This document shows positions 48,982-57,535 of a stretch of 64,000 bases of DNA, piece after piece. The stretch lies in IMG/VR virus record IMGVR_UViG_3300043465_002420; one strand, 5' to 3'. The DNA is from a virus. The notes beneath the pieces are model-generated. The model was not told the origin of the DNA and made no database searches. It worked only from the letters and a program-made list of their open reading frames with translations. The number at the start of each line of letters is the position of its first letter. Position 1 is the stretch's first letter. Made by a program: the position numbers and the translations under genes.

Positions 48982-49338
48982 TTATTTTTTAATATGAGTT
49001 ATTGAAAAAGGATAGTTATCCTTTGCTGTATAAAACTTCTTAATTGGCTCTGGTCCTGATATATGTCTTATATCAAATGGGGCTTTAGTGCCATTATTGC
49101 CATCGCCATAATTCTTTGGCTCTCCTGGTATGTGCTTAATACTAAATGGAGGGCCATCACCGTTATCGTAAAGCCTATTGTCCAAACTAATATACAAAAG
49201 AGCATCAGCAGAACTAGGCAAATATGTTTGCAATGGGTAAAGTCCAATGCCTCCATACCCTAGAGGGTACAAACCAGTTTTTCCAGATGTTTTACCTTCA
49301 TTGATTTTAAACCAGTTTTTAAACGAAAAATCTTTCAT
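48982..49338 (-). CDS. Gly/Pro-rich protein with capsid-targeting-like N-terminus and PFxIxHI repeats
   Basis: MKDFSFKNWFKINE; CATAAATA 4 nt before the ATG. Confidence 0.7.
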   Translation of the reverse strand: MKDFSFKNWFKINEGKTSGKTGLYPLGYGGIGLYPLQTYLPSSADALLYISLDNRLYDNGDGPPFSIKHIPGEPKNYGDGNNGTKAPFDIRHISGPEPIKKFYTAKDNYPFSITHIKK

Positions 49339-49365
49339 ATATTATTTATGCATGAAACAAAAAAA

Positions 49366-49389
49366 AAGGAGCGTTTTTCAACACTCCTT
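49366..49389 (-). terminator. Intrinsic terminator (GAAA loop)
   Basis: Minus strand aaggagtgtt-gaaa-aacgctcctt followed by a U run. Confidence 0.85.
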
Positions 49390-49415
49390 GGTTTGACAAT
49401 TTTTAACAACAAAAA

Positions 49416-49700
49416 TTACTTAGTGCTAGGTGCAACGACTTTTGGCTTTTCTGCACCCTTTGGAGCCTCTGCTGCTTTAGCAGGTTCGGTAGAACACCCA
49501 CTAGAGCCACAAGAGCTACGACCATGAAGCAGTTTTGCTCCACAACCAGAAGTTGTAGTCTTGCAAGAAGTTGTGGTCTTGCAAGAAGAACCACATGACT
49601 TACTTCGCAACTTGCCACCAAGCAAACCGCCACGACATCCTGCTTCAGCGGAACTTACACTAAAAGCAACTGCCAAAACCAAAACTGAAAGATACTTCAT
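49416..49700 (-). CDS. Secreted Cys/Gly/Ser-rich small protein
   Basis: Signal peptide ending AEA; CKTTTS x2; AAGGAG SD; own promoter and terminator. Confidence 0.75.
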   Translation of the reverse strand: MKYLSVLVLAVAFSVSSAEAGCRGGLLGGKLRSKSCGSSCKTTTSCKTTTSGCGAKLLHGRSSCGSSGCSTEPAKAAEAPKGAEKPKVVAPSTK

Positions 49701-49745
49701 CTTTCACTCCTTTGAAAAAAAGTAGGAAACAAACTAACCACAAAC

Positions 49746-49774
49746 AATATACCAAACACTTAAACGAAAGTAAA
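49746..49774 (-). promoter_or_regulatory. Sigma-70 promoter with extended -10
   Basis: TTTACT-17 nt-TATATT with TGn. Confidence 0.55.
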
Positions 49775-49782
49775 ATGAATTT

Positions 49783-50013
49783 CTATTTTTTTGTATAAGG
49801 AAACCATATCCTAAAACAAAAACCAAATAATAAATTCATTTTAAGTGCCTGTGTAAAAGTAATTTCGGTCAATCTTCCTTGTGTTATTTCTGGTATTAAA
49901 GAATTCCACAACCACCAAACTGGCAAGGTTAATATGACAGCGTAAATAATTACCAAACACACAACAGCAATGCTAATTGCAAAAATTTGCTTAATGTTAA
50001 ACTCATCAGACAT
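49783..50013 (-). CDS. Small 2-TM membrane protein
   Basis: Hydrophobic; LPVWWLWNSLIP; GAGG SD. Confidence 0.65.
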   Translation of the reverse strand: MSDEFNIKQIFAISIAVVCLVIIYAVILTLPVWWLWNSLIPEITQGRLTEITFTQALKMNLLFGFCFRIWFPYTKK

Positions 50014-50034
50014 AATTTGATACCTCTAGTTCTT

Positions 50035-50835
50035 TTATAAAATAGTAATTCTTTTATATTGTTTAAAATCAGTGTATTCAAATAATTTTTTCTGTATTTG
50101 AATTTGCCATAGTTTTTGATTTACACGAAAACTTTTTGTATAGCTCTTATCGTGTTGCCTGTAATAAAGTAAGGATTCTGGCATATTGTGCAATATCTTA
50201 TCGTTTTGCAGCATTCTAATCCAAAGTTCATAATCCTCAACTATACAATTTGGAGATTCGTCATACCCACCAACATCTAATACAGATTTTTTTTTAAACA
50301 AAACTGTTGGATGGTTTATAAACCAAAGGCTTGAATTGGCGATTTTTTTAGTGATTATATGAGGATGATCTGTTTTGTTCTTTAGTATCCATCTTGTATT
50401 ATTTGCGACCATAAATGTAAGATTACTTCCAACCAAATCAACATTTGGATTTCTTTGCAAATAATCAAATTGCTTAAAAAGTCTTTTTGGAAGAGAAAAA
50501 TCATCTGCATCCATTCTTGCGATCAAATCGAATTGTGATTCTTGTATCCCTTTATTGCAACCAAAAGAAATGCCAAAATTATGTTTAAGATGAATTACTT
50601 TTATATTGTTGTTTTTGTGAAAATAACCTAATAAACTTTTTGTGTCTTTGGAATTTGATCCATTATCCACAATAATTACTTCTATTTTTTTAAATGTTTG
50701 ATTCAAAATAGAATCAACGGCTTCTTTTAGCCAAAAAGAATTAGTATTACATACTGGTATCACTACAGATATCATACTTAGCCTTAATTTAAAGAAGCCC
50801 ACCACAACATTATTGTAATAGGCTTCTTTTTGCAT
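50035..50835 (-). CDS. Glycosyltransferase family 2
   Basis: ISVVIPVCN, IVDNGS, ARMDADD, INHPTV, EDYELW; the true start may be ATG 50775. Confidence 0.92.
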   Translation of the reverse strand: MQKEAYYNNVVVGFFKLRLSMISVVIPVCNTNSFWLKEAVDSILNQTFKKIEVIIVDNGSNSKDTKSLLGYFHKNNNIKVIHLKHNFGISFGCNKGIQESQFDLIARMDADDFSLPKRLFKQFDYLQRNPNVDLVGSNLTFMVANNTRWILKNKTDHPHIITKKIANSSLWFINHPTVLFKKKSVLDVGGYDESPNCIVEDYELWIRMLQNDKILHNMPESLLYYRQHDKSYTKSFRVNQKLWQIQIQKKLFEYTDFKQYKRITIL

Positions 50836-50853
50836 ATAATCTTAAAATTAAGA

Positions 50854-51072
50854 TTAAACAATAAAATCAAGATCGGCAACGGTTGCAACAGTATCGGTGA
50901 AAGTTCCACCATCTAAAATGCGACCTGCCATTTTAAACTCACCGCCTGAATGAAAATAAATCCCATGAACGGATCGTTGAATTGAGTTACCACCAGTAAC
51001 AGATGTATCCAAAGACCCTTCAGTTCCAAGATTCACCAAAGCTGGTGATAATTCTACAGTATAAGTAGCCAT
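50854..51072 (-). CDS. Small beta-rich hypothetical protein (possible virion component)
   Basis: 72 aa; strong AAGGAG SD; Thr/Gly/Val-rich. Confidence 0.65.
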   Translation of the reverse strand: MATYTVELSPALVNLGTEGSLDTSVTGGNSIQRSVHGIYFHSGGEFKMAGRILDGGTFTDTVATVADLDFIV

Positions 51073-51161
51073 AATTTTTCTCCTTTTGCAAAAGTAAACT
51101 ACTAAAATATATAACCTTTTAAAGCCTATTTTGATTTTAAAAGTGTGTCTTTTGGTGAGAA

Positions 51162-52010
51162 TTAGTTTTCGACCAACTTACCTTCAAAAGCCAATTTAGA
51201 GAACAAATAAGGGAATGCACTGCTTGTTGAGTGAAGTATAGCTAGGTCTTGACTGTATTCAAATACAGAAACATCTTCAGTATCAAAAAATGAATTTTTT
51301 ATTTTATTTTCAAGAACAAAAAGATTACATGCAACTTCTTCTCTATTTCTTCCATCTTCTCGTAACGCATACATCATATCTGACATTGGGTGTTTTTTGT
51401 ACAGTAGATTATTACAATACTGCAAAACCTGCTTTCCGTATTCTTTTAGTAAATTACCCTTCCAAAAAACTACGCCAGAATTAAATGGCATTAATGTTTG
51501 TTTCTCTAAATTGTCACCATTAAAATAGATAAATCGCATTTTTTGCTTAGAAATAGTTCCATTGTTAATCCCAACTAAAGGACAAGCTACAAATTCATAA
51601 TTAGAATATTTTTCGAAAATGAAATCAATTGATCTGAAACAGAATGTGTCTACATCTAAAAGAATTGCGTCATCAAAATCATAATTCTCAAATATGCACC
51701 TTTGTATGGAAACATAATTTTGTGATTTGTATGGAAGATCATTAATTTCTATAAGATTTATGTCCAAACTTTTAACAAGGCTGAAAATGTCTTCTTGGCG
51801 AAATAACATAAACCTTTTCGTATATTCTGGAGATATATCTTTAAATAACTTATTTGTTTGTTCCCAAGAATCTTTATTTAGGTCATTTACATAAAATAAA
51901 GTAATTGGGATTTTTGGATTGTGCTTTCTAAATGTTCTAACAGAAACACTAAACATAGCATTGTAAATTGGATTTTCATTTAAAACATAAACACAACACT
52001 TGTTGTTCAT
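51162..52010 (-). CDS. GT8-like nucleotide-diphospho-sugar transferase
   Basis: SVRTFRKHNP, LLDVDTF (DxD), FNSGVVFW. Confidence 0.7.
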   Translation of the reverse strand: MNNKCCVYVLNENPIYNAMFSVSVRTFRKHNPKIPITLFYVNDLNKDSWEQTNKLFKDISPEYTKRFMLFRQEDIFSLVKSLDINLIEINDLPYKSQNYVSIQRCIFENYDFDDAILLDVDTFCFRSIDFIFEKYSNYEFVACPLVGINNGTISKQKMRFIYFNGDNLEKQTLMPFNSGVVFWKGNLLKEYGKQVLQYCNNLLYKKHPMSDMMYALREDGRNREEVACNLFVLENKIKNSFFDTEDVSVFEYSQDLAILHSTSSAFPYLFSKLAFEGKLVEN

Positions 52011-52399
52011 TGGTCAAACCTACTGCCATTTTTTATGAAAACAAATTTAGTCACATAACAATCATTGATCTGCCAATAGCAGCCATCTTGATTGAATTTT
52101 GAATTTACGACTTTATAATTTGCTCTCAAATAATATTCTTCGTCAATTTTTTTAATCAAATAAACCTTGGAATAAACCCAACCATCTTTATCAATCGAGC
52201 TAACCATGCCAAGGCCAACATACTCATCCTTCCAATATACTGGTATAAATCCTTTTGATTTGATCAATTTGTCGATACAGTTATAATTAATCAAGACATG
52301 ATTTGAACTGATCGCATCTGCTTTCAAAAATGGAAGATCAATTGCTTTATCTTTATCAGCATAAAATACTATAAAGCAAAACAAAAGATTAATCATCAT
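52007..52399 (-). CDS. Hypothetical protein
   Basis: 130 aa; coupled to neighbours. Confidence 0.55.
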   Translation of the reverse strand: MMINLLFCFIVFYADKDKAIDLPFLKADAISSNHVLINYNCIDKLIKSKGFIPVYWKDEYVGLGMVSSIDKDGWVYSKVYLIKKIDEEYYLRANYKVVNSKFNQDGCYWQINDCYVTKFVFIKNGSRFDQ

Positions 52400-52583
52400 G
52401 ATAAGAATCCAATGCTACTGATTTAGAATTAGTGCCATTTTTTTTAACTTCACTTTCTTTTCTCTCAGAACACTTTGAGCAAAATCTAATCGTAAACTTA
52501 TCAGGGCTACGAAATTGTTTATTGCACCAACCCAAACAGTTTACGATACCGCTTCTATCCATGATGTTTAATTTGCTTTTCAT
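52389..52583 (-). CDS. Small zinc-binding protein
   Basis: CLGWC...FCSKC; AGGAG SD. Confidence 0.6.
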   Translation of the reverse strand: MKSKLNIMDRSGIVNCLGWCNKQFRSPDKFTIRFCSKCSERKESEVKKNGTNSKSVALDSYHDD

Positions 52584-52592
52584 TGTTATCTC

Positions 52593-53387
52593 CTATTTTT
52601 GAATAGTACCAAAGTTTTTAAAATTCTTCAACAGGTTTTGCAAATTATTATTTCTATCTGTTTTAGCTTTCATGACATTTGATATTTCATCCATGCTCCA
52701 AGGTGTTCCAAATGAAATATTTGGCCTTAAATTATCAACACCAACATCCATGGTTAGATTGTTGCCTTTAGATAAAGAAATGACATCAATCAAACGATTT
52801 ACAGTATCATCATTTTGAGAAACATTTAAGATAGATGCAAAACTATCTCTATATAATTTAGCATCACATTCAAGTACCATTCCATCATCTTCTGGAGAGA
52901 GAAAGCCATGTGTATGACCATAAAGCATCCAAGAGCCATAAGATTTTTTATCCCATGATCTACAAGGATAATGAAAGGTAAAAACAACTTGTCCATCAAT
53001 TTTAAATGTATATTGATCATAGCAAGTGAAATATTTACTCATGTATTTACGATCATCATGATTTCCAAGTATTAAATACACATTAAAACAATTGATTCTA
53101 TCTCTTAATTTCTTAATATCTAAATCTCTATCTTTATTCTTTGTGTGACAAAAATCTCCAATAATAACTAAATTATCTTTTCTTGAAACAACAGAATTTA
53201 TCGAATCGATAATCGAATCAGTCATTAAATCAGTAGATTCTTTGCTTATTACAACATCGGAAATTGGAATTACTTTTTTGTTTACTAAATCAAGCATATC
53301 TTGTTCGATTTTTGAACAAAATGGCCTATTGCAATACTTGATGATGTTACTATGATTCAAATGCAAGTCGGCAGTAAAAAACCACAT
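52593..53387 (-). CDS. Calcineurin-like metallophosphoesterase
   Basis: ADLH, GDF, GNHD, FHYP, GHTH, DVGVD. Confidence 0.9.
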   Translation of the reverse strand: MWFFTADLHLNHSNIIKYCNRPFCSKIEQDMLDLVNKKVIPISDVVISKESTDLMTDSIIDSINSVVSRKDNLVIIGDFCHTKNKDRDLDIKKLRDRINCFNVYLILGNHDDRKYMSKYFTCYDQYTFKIDGQVVFTFHYPCRSWDKKSYGSWMLYGHTHGFLSPEDDGMVLECDAKLYRDSFASILNVSQNDDTVNRLIDVISLSKGNNLTMDVGVDNLRPNISFGTPWSMDEISNVMKAKTDRNNNLQNLLKNFKNFGTIQK

Positions 53388-53451
53388 TTATTATCCTCGT
53401 AAATCAAGTAATTACGAATGATAACAAAAAGATAAATTTTCAACAATTAAA

Positions 53452-53868
53452 TTATTTTTCTTTTTTCCAAGAAATTGGTTTACTAGTTTTCTTTCTTTTA
53501 ACGCCAGTTTTTGTACATGCTGATAATGTTGGTCTGCAAGCTGGATATTTTCTTTCAGTACCTTTGCCAGCTTTTTTACGGCCACAAGGAACAAGGTTCC
53601 CTTTTTTACTGGCTTTACAATCAATCCAACCTTTACCTTTATTTCTGCTAAACCATCCATGAAGACCTTTTTCTTTTTCTGCTTTAAAAGTGTCTTCATT
53701 CATATTTGATTTTTTTTTGGAATTGCCCCAATTAGAAGCACCAACTTTACGACATTTGACTAGCGCACCACTAGCATAAGCACTGGGAAAAACATCATAT
53801 CTGCTTTTTACCTTGTGGTAACAAGCATCTTTTTCTTCACGCAATTCTAGCCATTCACTAAATTTCAT
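53452..53868 (-). CDS. Basic Cys-containing phage protein with capsid-targeting-like N-terminus
   Basis: MKFSEWLELREE; DACYHKVKSRY..PSAYASGALVKCRK, a module I recognise from T4-like aquatic phages. Confidence 0.7.
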   Translation of the reverse strand: MKFSEWLELREEKDACYHKVKSRYDVFPSAYASGALVKCRKVGASNWGNSKKKSNMNEDTFKAEKEKGLHGWFSRNKGKGWIDCKASKKGNLVPCGRKKAGKGTERKYPACRPTLSACTKTGVKRKKTSKPISWKKEK

Positions 53869-53932
53869 ATTATCCTATTAATCTTTAAGTTTAATCTATT
53901 TATCTTTATGGTTTTAAAAATTAATTAATTTT

Positions 53933-54190
53933 TTATTTTTTAGATAAACCGACTATCCTTCTTTGTTCTATTCCATTGATTATAAAAATGGTTGTAGGAT
54001 AAAAGAAAACATTGAATTGTTGTGCAATGTCGATGTTTTCTTCAACATTACAAAAAATAAGATTATAATTTGATTTTTCTTTTTTGCTAATAGTCAACTG
54101 TTGAAAAGATGGATTTCCCCAAGGAACCCAAAAAACAATTCTCCATTTTCCATGACTCAAAATGGCAAAGTTACTTGATGTTAATTCCAT
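53933..54190 (-). CDS. Thioredoxin-fold protein lacking CxxC
   Basis: FWVPWGNPS in place of FWAPWCGPC; cis-Pro YPT; RRIVG. Confidence 0.6.
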   Translation of the reverse strand: MELTSSNFAILSHGKWRIVFWVPWGNPSFQQLTISKKEKSNYNLIFCNVEENIDIAQQFNVFFYPTTIFIINGIEQRRIVGLSKK

Positions 54191-54837
54191 AGAAAATCAA
54201 ATCCAAAATAATTATCACTTAATGATTGAGAAGGCGAAATCAATTTATTTTTTATTTCATGATAATTAACAAAATTAAATTCAGAGTGCCATCCATGTCT
54301 TATAAGTGTAGAATTAGAATTTGTTAAATTTTCTGGGAGCTTTCCAGTATATTTTGTAAACCCATACATGAATCTAATGAGTGCGATTTTTGTTTCTTTT
54401 ATAAGTTTGTTTTCTTGGAATTCTCCAAAAAAACAATTTTCAAAATTATCAATTTTCATATCATAATTTATAGATGCTCTAAGCATTAAGGTAAAAAGAG
54501 ATTTTTTCAACATGCAATCAAACCAAAAACTTGAAGGAGATATCCACAAAATATTATCCTTATCAGTCTTATTGAAATTAGAAAAAATAAAATTTTCATG
54601 TGAAACTGCCAAAATATTTTCGAATTTAATAACAAAACTTGCAACATCTTCGCTTTTTTCATGATAATGAGAAAAATAAAAACCTTTTATTTCAGATGTC
54701 ATTTTTCCTAAAAATTGCTCTCTGCAATGATCCCAAACTATAGGCTTAAATGCTTCTGGCTCTAATGCAAATTGACCAACTGGAGGTGGTTGATATACAA
54801 AATTAATATTTTTAATTTCTCCAAATTTAGCTTTCAT
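54181..54837 (-). CDS. Hypothetical protein
   Basis: 218 aa ORF; GAGG SD. Confidence 0.65.
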   Translation of the reverse strand: MKAKFGEIKNINFVYQPPPVGQFALEPEAFKPIVWDHCREQFLGKMTSEIKGFYFSHYHEKSEDVASFVIKFENILAVSHENFIFSNFNKTDKDNILWISPSSFWFDCMLKKSLFTLMLRASINYDMKIDNFENCFFGEFQENKLIKETKIALIRFMYGFTKYTGKLPENLTNSNSTLIRHGWHSEFNFVNYHEIKNKLISPSQSLSDNYFGFDFLWN

Positions 54838-54850
54838 TAAGCCTCAAAGG

Positions 54851-55510
54851 TTAAATATGAATCATTTTTTTCAAATTAAGATTATGAAATAATTTGTCAA
54901 TCCAATTAGCATAGTTGTTTGCCATATCAAGCATATCTGCATTCCACACGCAATAAAGGGAATAGAATTTATTATATAATATCTTTAAAATTTTATCTAT
55001 ATTTTTAATTCTATTATCTGCAATATTATTCACATCAAGACTTTCCCATAAAATTTCTTTCACTTCGGAATTCTCATATATAAAATACGAATCAAACAGA
55101 TACACAAACGATTCCCACATCATAAAATAAGCATCTTGCTGATTTGATGGCGTAATATAACTTGAATAATTCAACGAAAGTGAATCGAAATAATTAAAAA
55201 TAAAATTTTCATAATCATCATATTCAACAATATGACTTGATAAGGTTTTATAAATTAAATTTCTATCTATGTAATTTTTATTTTTTAAAAATTCGTACCA
55301 ATCAGTGTTGAATTTTTTAAATGATTTAAATTGAATTATATAATTGCCTGGGCCTTTTTGCTTATCGTTCCATTTTATATCAATCAAAATATAATTATTT
55401 GATTCTGTCATAAAAACTGATTTTAATATAAAAAAAGCATTATCGCAATGTTGAACAATAGGTATATCATTCAAATTATTTCGATTTAAAAACTCTTCAA
55501 TTATTTTCAC
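54851..55510 (-). CDS. Hypothetical protein
   Basis: 219 aa; coupled to neighbours. Confidence 0.6.
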   Translation of the reverse strand: MKIIEEFLNRNNLNDIPIVQHCDNAFFILKSVFMTESNNYILIDIKWNDKQKGPGNYIIQFKSFKKFNTDWYEFLKNKNYIDRNLIYKTLSSHIVEYDDYENFIFNYFDSLSLNYSSYITPSNQQDAYFMMWESFVYLFDSYFIYENSEVKEILWESLDVNNIADNRIKNIDKILKILYNKFYSLYCVWNADMLDMANNYANWIDKLFHNLNLKKMIHI

Positions 55511-56177
55511 TAGGAACTAATTCCTTATCAATTATTGGCAAGCTTGGATTTAAAATGTCTTCTTTTTTCTGAAAATTTAAATTAATTTTATCTTGAATAC
55601 TTTTAAGTTCAATTTTGATGTTAGATATCATCGATTTGATTTCTTTATATTCTTCTTTTGTTTGTGATTTTTCTATACATTGCATCAGAACTTCATTTTT
55701 TTTGTTAATGTCTAATAACATGGCTTTAAGTTCCTCTATATTTTTTGAAAAATCTTTTATTGCATCGTTGCTTTCGATATGTTTATTTAGTGTTTTTAAC
55801 TTGTTAATTTCATTTTGAATTAAAGAAAATCTTTCCAAAAAGCTTTCTTCATTATTTTTAGTTTGTATCTTATTTTCAATTATTTTATTTTTTGAAAATA
55901 AAATAAACTTCTGATTTGTGTGCAACAAACAATCTTTGTCGTTATAATCACAAACTAATTTTTTGCTATTTTCATTTAATGAATGAATATAAATCACTGG
56001 TATTAGATTATTTAGTACTGGTACCTTTACGAGATCGGCATTTGGAAGTATTGCATCAATATAATCATGCTTTACAACATCTTTATTGAGTAAAATCTCC
56101 AAGACATAATTATCTTTGTTGATTTGTTGCGGATTCGAAAAAAGCAAAACAAAAAAAATAAAAACTACATTGTTCAT
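55497..56177 (-). CDS. Exported or anchored coiled-coil protein
   Basis: Hydrophobic N-terminus, long heptad region. Confidence 0.6.
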   Translation of the reverse strand: MNNVVFIFFVLLFSNPQQINKDNYVLEILLNKDVVKHDYIDAILPNADLVKVPVLNNLIPVIYIHSLNENSKKLVCDYNDKDCLLHTNQKFILFSKNKIIENKIQTKNNEESFLERFSLIQNEINKLKTLNKHIESNDAIKDFSKNIEELKAMLLDINKKNEVLMQCIEKSQTKEEYKEIKSMISNIKIELKSIQDKINLNFQKKEDILNPSLPIIDKELVPSENN

Positions 56178-56398
56178 TTTATTCCCTCAAAAAATTCTTT
56201 TTGAAATGTAAAGTCATCAGTATGCATCCAACATTTAGACTTTTCATTCCAATAAATAGGATAATATTTTGGCATAGTATCTAAAATATCAAAAAGATTT
56301 CCAGCAGATGATGCATGCTCAATAGATCTTTGAAAAATCAAAGGATGCACTTCTGAATATCTTTTTTTTAAAGATGCGATGATTTCATCATCAATCAT
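56174..56398 (-). CDS. Small hypothetical protein
   Basis: 74 aa; coupled to neighbours. Confidence 0.6.
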   Translation of the reverse strand: MIDDEIIASLKKRYSEVHPLIFQRSIEHASSAGNLFDILDTMPKYYPIYWNEKSKCWMHTDDFTFQKEFFEGIK

Positions 56399-56693
56399 TG
56401 ATCTTTTTCCCAGTAAAGAAATCTCTTGGGCCAGATGGAGATTTCTTTAATACATAAAATCTAAATGCAACACAACATACGACACCACCCAATATAGACA
56501 TAATAAAACCAGAAGGTTCATATGGAGCATTGCCAAAATCCAAAAGCCAATTGATCATTCCGCCAATAAACGATCCAGCCACGCCAATAAGAATTGTCGG
56601 CAAACAACCCAAAGGATCATCACCAGGGTGAATAGCTTTGGCAATACATCCAGTAACTAATCCAAAAAATGACCAAATAATTAAACTAAACAT
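56391..56693 (-). CDS. GlsB/YeaQ/YmgE family (transglycosylase-associated) membrane protein
   Basis: IIWSFFGLVTGCIAKAIHPG..TILIGVAGSFIGG..GFIMSILGG. Confidence 0.9.
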   Translation of the reverse strand: MFSLIIWSFFGLVTGCIAKAIHPGDDPLGCLPTILIGVAGSFIGGMINWLLDFGNAPYEPSGFIMSILGGVVCCVAFRFYVLKKSPSGPRDFFTGKKIND

Positions 56694-56695
56694 TT

Positions 56696-57535
56696 TTACC
56701 TCTCAGTTTTTTTAATTTGCAAATAGGAATCAGGAGTTACTTTGTTTGTTATATCTTTAGACAGACCATTAATATAACGAACATAGGTTTTTTCAAAATC
56801 AGAATAATCTTTAAAACCAAGAACTTTCTTTACAGATTCATTAGAGCCACTTTGAAATGATGTTTTTAAAAAGCTATGGAGTTTCAATTCTCCAAATTCT
56901 TTCCTCAAAAGAAGACACAATGCCACAGACTGATTAATGAATAATTTCTGCTTGTCTTGGCCCAATTTAACAAATTGCTGTTCATTCATATTTAAAATTG
57001 TTTGAATGTCATAAATCTTGACATTACTTAAATTTGACAAATCCAATTTAATATCATCAATCATTCCATTTAAGCTACTCATTCCTTTTTTAGACCATAA
57101 GGGTAACTTAACTAGATTTGATGATTCAAATTCAGCAAGAATAATTTCAGTTAAATAAATAGGCAAAACTTTTGATGGCTTATCGTCTAATACCAACCAC
57201 ATTGCCGTTATTTCTATTTCATCATTTTTTTTTCTAATTTCAATTTTTGACGAATCAAGATTAAACAATTTTTTAAGCAGGTTTTTATCTGGAACGCAAA
57301 ATATCCTACATTCTTTGGAAAATTTGATGTCTGAAAATCCCCATCTTGTTAAACACCATATTTTAATATCTTCTAAATTATTTTTCATCCAATAACCTTG
57401 ATCATTGTCAATGCTCAAAATCGTAAAATTGGTTGTAATATATCTATTCCAAACCAAATTTTTGATTAATGGATCTTCAATGGGAGGTGGATCAAAACCT
57501 AAAAGTAACGCAAAAACAAACAACAAATTACACAT
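56696..57535 (-). CDS. Exported peptidase MA/BSP-like fold protein lacking HExxH
   Basis: Signal peptide; TTNFTI; LPIYLTEIILAE at the HExxH position; PLWSKKGMS; YINQS-type helix. Confidence 0.45.
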   Translation of the reverse strand: MCNLLFVFALLLGFDPPPIEDPLIKNLVWNRYITTNFTILSIDNDQGYWMKNNLEDIKIWCLTRWGFSDIKFSKECRIFCVPDKNLLKKLFNLDSSKIEIRKKNDEIEITAMWLVLDDKPSKVLPIYLTEIILAEFESSNLVKLPLWSKKGMSSLNGMIDDIKLDLSNLSNVKIYDIQTILNMNEQQFVKLGQDKQKLFINQSVALCLLLRKEFGELKLHSFLKTSFQSGSNESVKKVLGFKDYSDFEKTYVRYINGLSKDITNKVTPDSYLQIKKTER

